The notes beneath the pieces were generated by a model, which did not search any database, was not told the origin of the DNA, and was given only the letters and a program-made list of their open reading frames with translations. Of a stretch of 32,000 nt of DNA, positions 25,013-32,000 are shown one piece after another; position 1 is the first letter of the stretch; every line of letters begins with the position of its first letter. A program made the translations under genes and the position numbers. Source of the stretch: Pseudomonadota bacterium (lineage in GTDB: Bacteria > Pseudomonadota > Alphaproteobacteria > Acetobacterales > Acetobacteraceae); the NCBI GenBank assembly GCA_021847995.1, contig JAJZNE010000005.1, forward strand, positions 10,284-42,283, given 5' to 3'.

Positions 25013-26461
25013 ATGCTGGTGCTCGATCATGACCGCGCCGGCGGCTACTGGGGTGCCGTCTATGCCTTCACCGCGGTGCGCGGCCTGCGCGTCGTCATCG
25101 ACGGGCCGGTCGGATGCGAGAACCTGCCGGTGACGGCGGTGCTGCACTACAGCGACGCGCTGCCGCCGCATGAGCTTCCCGTGGTCGTCACCGGCCTGGC
25201 GGAAGAGCAGCTTTCCATGAGCGGCACGGAAGGTGCGCTGCGCCGTGCCCGCGCGACCCAGGATCCCGACATGCCTGCGGTGGTCGTCACCGGCAGCATC
25301 GCCGAGATGATCGGCGGCGGCGTGACGCCCGAAGGGTCGAACCTGCTGCGCTTCATCCCGCGCACCATCGATGAGGACCAGTGGCAGGCCGCCGACCGGG
25401 CGATCTTCTGGCTGTGGAGCGAATTCGGCGCGCGGCGCGCGAAGCGCAGCCGCCCGCCGCGCGCAGCCGGCACCAAGCCGCGCGTGAACATCATCGGCCC
25501 CATCTACGGCACCTTCAACATGCCGTCCGACCTGGCGGAAATCCGTCGGCTGGTCGAGGGGATCGGCTGCGAAGTGAACCTGACCTTCCCTCTTGGCGCG
25601 CATCTTGAAGATATCCCACGGCTTGCCGACGCCGACGTGAATGTCTGCCTCTATCGCGAATTCGGCCGCCTGCTCTGCGAGGAGCTGGGTACGCCCTATC
25701 TTCAGGCGCCGATCGGTCTGTTTGCGACGACGAACTTCCTGCGCACCCTGGGCGAGCTCGCCGGCGTCGATCCGGAACCTTTCATCGCGCGCGAGAAGCA
25801 TACCACGATCAAGCCGATCTGGGATCTGTGGCGCAGCGTCACGCAGGACTTCTTCGGCAGCGCCAGCTTCGGCGTCGTCGCGACGGAAACCTACAGCCGC
25901 GGCCTCAGGCAGTTTCTCGGCGACGAGATGGGCATCCCCTGTACCTTCGCGATCGCGCGGCGCCCCGGCGTCAAGCCCGACAACGCCGCCGTCCGCGCCG
26001 CCCTGCGCGAGAAGCCGCCCCTGGTGCTTTACGGCTCCTGCAACGAGCGCATGTACGCCGCCGAGCTGCGGTCGCGCGCGGTCTATATTCCGGCCTCGTT
26101 TCCCGGTGCCGTGGTGCGCCGCGCCACCGGCACGCCGTTCATGGGCTATGCCGGTGCCACCTATCTCGTCCAGGAATTCTGCAACGCGCTGTTCGATGCG
26201 CTGTTCCACATCCTGCCGCTGGCAACCGAGATGGATCGCGGCGAGGCGACACCGTCGCGGCTCGATCACGGCGTGCCGTGGGATGCGGACGCGCTGGACC
26301 TGCTGCAGGATCATGTCGAGGCGGCGCCGTTCCTGCTGCGCATTTCGGCCGCCAAGCAGCTGCGCGAGCGTGCCGAGGCCGCCGCCCGTGACGCCGGCGA
26401 GGACCGGGTGACGGCACCGCGCGTCGCCCGCGCGCTCAGCGCAGCGCTGGCACCGGCATGA
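25013..26461 (+). CDS. bchZ: Chlorophyllide a reductase subunit Z
   Basis: [79 protein letters not shown]. The ORF track over-extends it upstream. Confidence 0.95.
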   Translation: MLVLDHDRAGGYWGAVYAFTAVRGLRVVIDGPVGCENLPVTAVLHYSDALPPHELPVVVTGLAEEQLSMSGTEGALRRARATQDPDMPAVVVTGSIAEMIGGGVTPEGSNLLRFIPRTIDEDQWQAADRAIFWLWSEFGARRAKRSRPPRAAGTKPRVNIIGPIYGTFNMPSDLAEIRRLVEGIGCEVNLTFPLGAHLEDIPRLADADVNVCLYREFGRLLCEELGTPYLQAPIGLFATTNFLRTLGELAGVDPEPFIAREKHTTIKPIWDLWRSVTQDFFGSASFGVVATETYSRGLRQFLGDEMGIPCTFAIARRPGVKPDNAAVRAALREKPPLVLYGSCNERMYAAELRSRAVYIPASFPGAVVRRATGTPFMGYAGATYLVQEFCNALFDALFHILPLATEMDRGEATPSRLDHGVPWDADALDLLQDHVEAAPFLLRISAAKQLRERAEAAARDAGEDRVTAPRVARALSAALAPA

Positions 26462-26484
26462 ACCGGTTCGCTGCATTCCGGTTT

Positions 26485-26535
26485 GCGACGGCATTGCCGT
26501 CGCTCCACCACGCCTGCATGGCGCCTGCGCCATGC
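26485..26535 (+). promoter_or_regulatory. Two tandem perfect RNA hairpins between bchZ and pufB
   Basis: GCGACGGC-att-GCCGTCGC (26485-26503) and GCATGGCGC-ct-GCGCCATGC (26516-26535). Confidence 0.6.
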
Positions 26536-26629
26536 GGTGCGTCCGTCGTGGCGCGGGGCGCCACGACGGTCCCGGCCGCGCGGGGCTCGCGCGGTAACGG
26601 CCGCCTGGCCGCTTTCCGAGGAGACCCTC

Positions 26630-26854
26630 ATGGCTACTGGCTTGGATAAGGGTTCGATGTCGGGGCTGACCGAGTCGGAGGCGAAGGAATTCCACTCCGT
26701 CTTCGTCACCAGCTTCGTCGTCTTCGTTGTGATCGCCGTTATCGCGCACATTCTCGCGTGGCAATGGCGGCCGTGGCTGCCCGGAACGAATGGCTACTCC
26801 ATGCTGGACCACGCGACCGGCCTGATCGGTCACGCGGTCTCGGCGCTCGCTTGA
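26630..26854 (+). CDS. pufB: Light-harvesting complex 1 beta polypeptide
   Basis: [74 protein letters not shown]; SD-like GAGGAGA upstream. Confidence 0.94.
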   Translation: MATGLDKGSMSGLTESEAKEFHSVFVTSFVVFVVIAVIAHILAWQWRPWLPGTNGYSMLDHATGLIGHAVSALA

Positions 26855-26867
26855 GGAGGGCGACGCA

Positions 26868-27053
26868 ATGTGGCGCATGTGGCTGCTTTTCGATCCGCGG
26901 CGGGTGCTGGTGGCACTCGGTATCTTCCTGTTCGTCCTGGCGTTGCTGATCCACTTCATCCTGCTCAGCACCGACCGGTTCAACTGGCTGGAAGGGCCGC
27001 ATCACGGTGCAATGGCCGGGCAGATGGCACCGCTGCCGGCACCCGCGAAGTAA
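26868..27053 (+). CDS. pufA: Light-harvesting complex 1 alpha polypeptide
   Basis: [61 protein letters not shown]; SD-like GAGGAGG upstream. Confidence 0.95.
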   Translation: MWRMWLLFDPRRVLVALGIFLFVLALLIHFILLSTDRFNWLEGPHHGAMAGQMAPLPAPAK

Positions 27054-27066
27054 CCTTCGTGCCCAA

Positions 27067-27112
27067 GGCGGTGGGCGGGGTCATGGCTTTGCGGATGACC
27101 CCGGCCGCCGCC
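27067..27112 (+). promoter_or_regulatory. Large pufA-pufL intercistronic hairpin (mRNA processing/stability element candidate)
   Basis: GGCGGTGGGCGGGGTCAT-ggctttgcgg-ATGACCCCGGCCGCCGCC-type fold: 17 of 18 positions pair (one G-U, one mismatch), 10-nt loop, 27067-27084 with 27095-27112. Confidence 0.75.
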
Positions 27113-27180
27113 GGGATGCGACGATGGGAGGTGCCGCGCGCACCGTCCCGCCGCCGCCCCACCCGAGCGGAGACAGTCTC

Positions 27181-28005
27181 ATGGCGATGCTGAGCTTCGA
27201 ACAAAAGTACCGCGTGCGCGGCGGCACCCTGATCGGCGGCGACCTTTTCGATTTCTGGGTCGGGCCGTTCTATGTCGGCTTCTTCGGTGTCACCACGGCC
27301 TTCTTCGCCCTGCTCGGCACGGCGCTGATCGTCTGGGGGGCGGCGATCGGGCCGACCTGGAACCTCTGGCGCATCAGTATCGCGCCGCCGGATTTGAGCT
27401 ACGGCCTCGGCCTGGCGCCGCTGCGCGAAGGCGGGCTGTGGCAGCTCATCACCGTCTGCGCGCTCGGCGCCTTCATCTCCTGGGCGCTCAGGCAATGGGA
27501 AATCGCGCGCAAGCTCGGCATGGGCGCGCATATCCCGGTCGCCTTCGGATTTGCCATCTTCGCCTATTTCAGCCTGGTGGTGATCCGGCCGGTGCTGATG
27601 GGCGCCTGGGGTCAGGGCTTTCCCTATGGCATCATCAGCCATCTCGACTGGGTGTCCAACACCGGCTACCAGTACCTGCATTTCCACTACAATCCCGCGC
27701 ACATGATCGCGGTCAGCTTCTTCTTCACCAACGCGCTCGCGCTGGCGCTGCACGGCTCCCTGGTGCTGTCGGCCGCCAATCCCGGCCGCGGCGAGACGGT
27801 GAAGGGCACCGAGGCGGAAAACGCCTATTTCCGCGATACCATCGGCTATTCCATCGGCACGCTCGGAATCCATCGCCTCGGCCTGTTCCTGGCGGTGTCG
27901 GCGGCGTTCTGGAGCGCCGTGTGCATCATCATCAGCGGGCCGTTCTGGACGCGCGGCTGGCCGGAATGGTGGACCTGGTGGCTCAACCTGCCGATCTGGA
28001 AATAG
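27181..28005 (+). CDS. pufL: Photosynthetic reaction centre L subunit
   Basis: [35 protein letters not shown]...[48 protein letters not shown]...[28 protein letters not shown]. Confidence 0.97.
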   Translation: MAMLSFEQKYRVRGGTLIGGDLFDFWVGPFYVGFFGVTTAFFALLGTALIVWGAAIGPTWNLWRISIAPPDLSYGLGLAPLREGGLWQLITVCALGAFISWALRQWEIARKLGMGAHIPVAFGFAIFAYFSLVVIRPVLMGAWGQGFPYGIISHLDWVSNTGYQYLHFHYNPAHMIAVSFFFTNALALALHGSLVLSAANPGRGETVKGTEAENAYFRDTIGYSIGTLGIHRLGLFLAVSAAFWSAVCIIISGPFWTRGWPEWWTWWLNLPIWK

Positions 28006-28060
28006 CGGGCGCGTCGCCGCGCACGGCGCAACCACAACACGCGACGGGGGACATTGTCCG

Positions 28061-29038
28061 ATGGCCGAATACCAGAACATCTTCACCCGCGTGCAGGTCC
28101 GCGGCCCGCTGCACGCCGGCTCCGCCCTGCCGGCCGGAAGCTGGGAGCGGACCGGACAGGGCCGCTTCATCCACTGGCTCGGCCGTCTCGGCGATGCGCA
28201 GATCGGTCCGATCTATCTCGGCTTCTCGGGCATCGCCTCGCTGATCCTGGGCTTCTTCGCGATCGAGATCATCGGCCTCAACATGTGGGCCTCGGTCAAC
28301 TGGGATCCGGTGCAGTTCGTCCGGCAACTGCCGTGGCTGGCGCTGGAGCCGCCGCCGCCCGCCTATGGCCTGCATCTGCCGCCGCTGCAACAGGGCGGCT
28401 GGTGGCTGCTGGCGGGCTTCTGCCTGACGGCCTCCATCCTGCTGTGGTGGGTGCGCATGTATCGCCGTGCCCGCGCGCTCGGCCTCGGCACCCACACCGC
28501 CTGGGCGTTCGCCGCCGCCATCTGGCTCTATCTCGTGCTCGGCTTCATCCGCCCGCTGCTGATGGGAAGCTGGGCCGAGGCCGTGCCGTTCGGCATCTTC
28601 CCGCATCTCGACTGGACTGCCGCATTCTCGCTCCGCTACGGCAACCTGTTCTACAATCCGTTCCACATGCTCTCGATCGCCTTCCTCTACGGGTCGGCGG
28701 TGCTGTTCGCGATGCACGGTGCCACCATCCTCGCCGTCAGCCGCTTCGGCGGTGAGCGGGAGGTGGAGCAGATCATCGACCGCGGCACGGCGGCCGAGCG
28801 CGCCGCGATATTCTGGCGCTGGACCATGGGCTTCAACGCCACCTTCGAATCGCTGCACCGCTGGGGCTGGTGGTTCGCCGTGCTGTGCCCGCTGACCGGC
28901 GGCATCGGCATCCTGCTCACCGGCACCGTGGTGGACAACTGGTATCTCTGGGGCGTCAAGCACGGCATCGCCCCGCCCTATCCCGCCGTGTTCCCCGCCG
29001 TCATCGATCCGGCGTCGCATCAGGGGATGGTGCCATGA
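28061..29038 (+). CDS. pufM: Photosynthetic reaction centre M subunit
   Basis: [16 protein letters not shown]...[106 protein letters not shown]. Confidence 0.97.
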   Translation: MAEYQNIFTRVQVRGPLHAGSALPAGSWERTGQGRFIHWLGRLGDAQIGPIYLGFSGIASLILGFFAIEIIGLNMWASVNWDPVQFVRQLPWLALEPPPPAYGLHLPPLQQGGWWLLAGFCLTASILLWWVRMYRRARALGLGTHTAWAFAAAIWLYLVLGFIRPLLMGSWAEAVPFGIFPHLDWTAAFSLRYGNLFYNPFHMLSIAFLYGSAVLFAMHGATILAVSRFGGEREVEQIIDRGTAAERAAIFWRWTMGFNATFESLHRWGWWFAVLCPLTGGIGILLTGTVVDNWYLWGVKHGIAPPYPAVFPAVIDPASHQGMVP

Positions 29039-30054
29039 AATTCGGCCTGCAGATCGCCGCCGCCCTCGTCGCCGTCATCGCCGCCGCCATCATCTTCGGC
29101 ACCTTCGAGCGCCCGCCGGTGACGACGGTGCAGCGCGGCTACCGCGGCACCGCAATGGAGCAGGTTTACAATCCGCGCCTGCTGTCGGCGGCGATGGCCG
29201 CCAACATCGCCCCCGCATCACTGCCCCAGGCCCCGGCCGACGGGCCGAAGGCCGGTGCGGTCTATAAGAACGTTCAGGTGCTGAAGGACGTGAGCGTGGC
29301 GCAGTTCACCCGCCTGATGGTCTCCATGACCACGTGGGTCGCACCGCAGCAGGGTTGCGCCTATTGCCACCGGACGGCGGAAATGGCCTCCGACGCGCTC
29401 TACACCAAGGTCGTCGCGCGGCGCATGCTGCAGATGGTGCGCCACATCAACGCCGACTGGACGTCGCATGTCGCCGGCGTCGGCGTGACCTGCTACACCT
29501 GCCACCGTGGCCAGCCGGTGCCGGCCGTGATCTGGTGGAACGGCGATCCGCAGGCCGCAACACCCGGCGTCGCCATCCCCGCGGTCGGCAAGAACCACCC
29601 CTCCGCCGCCGCCGGCGCCAGTTCGCTGCCGGATGATCCGTTCACGCCGTTCCTGGAGCAGGCGAACGATATCCGCGTGGAGGCGGTGCAGGCCCTGCCC
29701 GGCACCGACAACCACTCGATCAAGCAGACCGACTGGACCTATGCGCTGATGATCCATTTCTCCGAGGCGCTGGGCGTCAACTGCACCTACTGCCACAACA
29801 GCCGCCAGTTCGCGTCCTGGGAACAGAGCACGCCGCAGCGGGTGACGGCCTGGTACGGCATCCGCATGGTGCGCGACCTCAACACCCAGTATCTCGACGG
29901 GCTGGCCGGCGTGTTCCCGCCGCAGCGGCTCGGGCCGCTCGGCGACGCGCCGAAGCTGAACTGCGCCACCTGCCACCGCGGCGCCTACAAGCCGCTGTTC
30001 GGGGTGGCGATGGCGAAGGAGTTTCCGGAACTGACCGGTGCCGCCCACCCCTAG
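29035..30054 (+). CDS. pufC: Reaction-centre tetraheme cytochrome c subunit
   Basis: [23 protein letters not shown] plus four CXXCH motifs: CAYCH (29356), CYTCH (29491), CTYCH (29782), CATCH (29962). Confidence 0.96.
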   Translation: MKFGLQIAAALVAVIAAAIIFGTFERPPVTTVQRGYRGTAMEQVYNPRLLSAAMAANIAPASLPQAPADGPKAGAVYKNVQVLKDVSVAQFTRLMVSMTTWVAPQQGCAYCHRTAEMASDALYTKVVARRMLQMVRHINADWTSHVAGVGVTCYTCHRGQPVPAVIWWNGDPQAATPGVAIPAVGKNHPSAAAGASSLPDDPFTPFLEQANDIRVEAVQALPGTDNHSIKQTDWTYALMIHFSEALGVNCTYCHNSRQFASWEQSTPQRVTAWYGIRMVRDLNTQYLDGLAGVFPPQRLGPLGDAPKLNCATCHRGAYKPLFGVAMAKEFPELTGAAHP

Positions 30055-30099
30055 GCGTCGTTTCCTCCCCGCGCCCGGGCGGGCCACCGGCGGTCGCGC

Positions 30100-30129
30100 A
30101 GCGGCCGGGCGATCAGTCGCCCGGCCGCT
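30100..30129. terminator. Perfect 13-bp inverted repeat at the end of the convergent puf and bchD-bchO-orf92 units
   Basis: AGCGGCCGGGCGA-TCAG-TCGCCCGGCCGCT. The 4-nt loop contains the stop codon of the minus-strand ORF. No U-tract. Confidence 0.65.
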
Positions 30130-30391
30130 GTTGCGTTGTCCCTTCCCGCCCGCGCTGCCACAGGTCCAACAGGTGGAACCCAAACGCCACCAGCAGCCAG
30201 AGCGCGATGGCACCGGCGCGGCCGCCGCCGAGGGCGGCCCGCAGCGCCGCAAGCAGCCCCGCGCCCGCCGCCAGCGTCGGCAGAAGCGCGCCCGGCCGCG
30301 GGCCGCGCCCGCTCCACCGGTGCCAGAGGGCAAGCACCACCGCCTCCCCCGCCAGCAGCGCCAGCACCGCATCGACCGCATGCCGGGTCAT
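30113..30391 (-). CDS. Hypothetical 92-aa membrane protein, start overlapping the bchO stop
   Basis: MTRHAVDAVLALLAGEAVVLALWHRWSGRGPRPGALLPTLAAGAGLLAALRAALGGGRAGAIALWLLVAFGFHLLDLWQRGREGTTQQRPGD; ATGA overlap with bchO and roughly three hydrophobic segments. Confidence 0.7.
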   Translation of the reverse strand: MTRHAVDAVLALLAGEAVVLALWHRWSGRGPRPGALLPTLAAGAGLLAALRAALGGGRAGAIALWLLVAFGFHLLDLWQRGREGTTQQRPGD

Positions 30392-31257
30392 GCCGCGCGC
30401 TTCACCAGCAGCGCCGCCACCAGGTCCGGCCGTTCCTCGTGCGCAAGATGGCCCAGCCCCGGCAGCGACAGCAGCTCAGCGGTCGGCAAGCTCCGGCGTA
30501 CCCGCCCGGCCTCGCTTGGCGGCACGGTGCGGTCGTTGCTGCCCGTGACCAGCAGCAGCCGTTGCGCGAGCGCCGGCAATTGCTGCGCCAGCGGGCGCAG
30601 ATCCCACTGCGCCATCATGCCGAGCGCCGCCGCGACATGGCCGGGAGTGCCGGCGAGACGCTGATAGAGGCGCACCCCCTCCTCATCGAGCGTCGAGCCG
30701 GTGCCGGCCAGCAGCCGTTCGGTCACCGGCCGCGCGCCGGCGCGGCGTGCGAACAGCCAGGGCACCGGCGGCAGGGCCGCGAGCAGCCGCGCGATCGGCG
30801 AGAACACGTGCTCCGACACGCCCGGCAGTGGCAGCAGCGCGCCGTTCAGGCTGACGATGGTGGCGGGGCCGATGCGCCGGTCGAGGCACATGCGGACCAG
30901 GATCGCCGCCCCCGCGGAATGCCCCGCCGCCAGCGCCGGCGGCGGCAGCCCCAGGGCGTGCAGCAGTTGGGCCAGCCCGAACGCCATGCCGGGCAGCGAC
31001 AGGCGCGCCGGCGGCGGCGTCTCGGTGAAGCCGTGGCCGGGCAGATCGGGGGCGATCACGGTGAAATGCGGCGCCAGCAGCGGCAGCAGGCCGCGCCAGG
31101 AATGCGTCGCCGCCCCGGTGCCGTGCACCAGCAGCAGCACCTTCCCGCTTCCCGCCACCTGCACGTGCCAGGTGATGCCGCCGGCGGCGACGAAGCGGCT
31201 GGCGTCGCGGTTCGGCCAGTCCTGCCCGTCGCGCGCCCATTCCAGCCGCCGCCTCAC
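30388..31257 (-). CDS. bchO: BchO-type alpha/beta hydrolase (putative Mg-chelatase accessory protein)
   Basis: DWPNRDASRFVAAGGITWHVQVAGSGKVLLLVHGTGAATHSWRGLLPLLAPHFTVIAPDLPGHGFT...GHSAGAAILVRMCLD; adjacent to bchD. Confidence 0.93.
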   Translation of the reverse strand: MRRRLEWARDGQDWPNRDASRFVAAGGITWHVQVAGSGKVLLLVHGTGAATHSWRGLLPLLAPHFTVIAPDLPGHGFTETPPPARLSLPGMAFGLAQLLHALGLPPPALAAGHSAGAAILVRMCLDRRIGPATIVSLNGALLPLPGVSEHVFSPIARLLAALPPVPWLFARRAGARPVTERLLAGTGSTLDEEGVRLYQRLAGTPGHVAAALGMMAQWDLRPLAQQLPALAQRLLLVTGSNDRTVPPSEAGRVRRSLPTAELLSLPGLGHLAHEERPDLVAALLVKRAA

Positions 31258-32000
31258 GGGCGCAGCGCCTGCACGGTGCGGGCGAGGGCGGTGGCATCGG
31301 CGCCGGGCAGCGGCGCATAGCTCGCCCCCATCGCCGCCGCCAGCTCTGCTGCCGCTTCGCCCGGTCGCGGCGCCACGTCGATCAGCGCCGCGGCCAGCCC
31401 GGTCGCACGCAGCGCGCGCGCCGCCTCCAGCGCCTCCGTCCCGGCGCGGCCACGGCCGGGTGTGCCGTCGCGCGCGACATTGGCGCGCCCGTCGGTGAGG
31501 AACACCAGGAACGGCACCGCCCCCCGCCTTCGCACCGTGGCACCCAGTTCACGTGCGGCGTCCACCGCCGCCGCCAGCGGCGTGCCGCCGCCGCCGCGCA
31601 GGCCGGCGAGGCTGCGGCGCGCGCGCGCCAGGGCGCCGGTGGGTGGCAGCAGCAGCTCGGCGTCCCGGCCGCGGAAGGCGATCAGCGCCACCTGGGCGCG
31701 CCGCACATAGGCCGCGGCCAGCAGCAGCTCCACCGCCCCCTTGGCCTCGCCGAGCCGGTGCAGTGCCGCGGAGCCGGAGGCGTCGAGGACGAAAATGGTG
31801 GTGCTGGCGCTGCGCCGCCGCACCCGCCGGATGCGCAGATCCGATCGCCGCACCGCCATCCGCGCCCCCGAAGGCGGCGGCGGGCGAAGGCGCTGCCACG
31901 GGGCGGCCGCCTTCAGCGTCCCCAGCACATCGAGCCGCGCTCCGCCGCCGGGACTGCCGGCGCTGGTGCCGATCGGCCGGCCGCGGCCGGCGCCGCGCTG
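31254..32000 (-). CDS. bchD: Magnesium chelatase subunit D (C-terminal VWA part; runs off the right edge)
   Basis: RGAGRGRPIGTSAGSPGGGARLDVLGTLKAAAPWQ...DLRIRRVRRRSASTTIFVLDASGSAALHRLGEAKGAVELLLAAAYVRRAQVALIAFRG...FLTDGRAN: MIDAS-type VWA domain. Confidence 0.94.
   Translation of the reverse strand, partial: QRGAGRGRPIGTSAGSPGGGARLDVLGTLKAAAPWQRLRPPPPSGARMAVRRSDLRIRRVRRRSASTTIFVLDASGSAALHRLGEAKGAVELLLAAAYVRRAQVALIAFRGRDAELLLPPTGALARARRSLAGLRGGGGTPLAAAVDAARELGATVRRRGAVPFLVFLTDGRANVARDGTPGRGRAGTEALEAARALRATGLAAALIDVAPRPGEAAAELAAAMGASYAPLPGADATALARTVQALRP

Noticed and set aside
26458-26649. 63-aa ORF starting in the bchZ stop, considered as pufQ
   Set aside because: [27 protein letters not shown]... 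has no PufQ-like membrane segment, runs through both hairpins and overlaps the pufB start. Probably non-coding leader, though the ATGA overlap merits a Ribo-seq glance.
25007-26983. 658-aa minus-strand ORF across bchZ, the puf leader and pufBA
   Set aside because: Would be antisense to at least three confident genes; no family resemblance.
26980-28170. 396-aa minus-strand ORF opposite pufL
   Set aside because: Antisense shadow of the well-conserved L subunit.
31462-31710. Plus-strand 82-aa ORF inside bchD, and other similar short ORFs throughout the window
   Set aside because: Opposite to a conserved VWA domain; composition and position match GC-driven spurious ORFs.

Overview
The window is a contiguous, very GC-rich purple-bacterial photosynthesis gene cluster. 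No phage, mobile element, CRISPR, tRNA or rRNA signal was seen. Gene order with strand: lhaA(partial)-bchM-bchL-bchH-bchB-bchN-bchF on the minus strand; ppaA/aerR-ppsR-bchG-bchP-tspO-crtI-crtB on plus; crtC-crtD on minus; crtE-crtF-bchC-bchX-bchY-bchZ-pufB-pufA-pufL-pufM-pufC on plus; a small membrane ORF, then bchO and bchD(partial), on minus. Calls rest on recognisable protein sequence motifs and gene order; no database search was run. I do not see a wholly new biological system. The points worth a second look are: (1) three PpsR/CrtJ-like operators, including a bchC pair spaced exactly 8 bp apart and a 15-bp inverted repeat between bchF and ppaA; (2) strong RNA hairpins between bchZ and pufB, between pufA and pufL, and between both convergent gene pairs; (3) crtC has no ATG/GTG/TTG start in frame for its conserved N-terminus; (4) a 92-aa membrane ORF coupled to bchO; (5) PufC has no lipobox cysteine; (6) pufQ and bch2 are missing from their usual places; (7) LH1 beta and BchF carry unusual terminal extensions. 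Reaction-centre residue L168 is His, which argues against the Zn-BChl Acidiphilium type.
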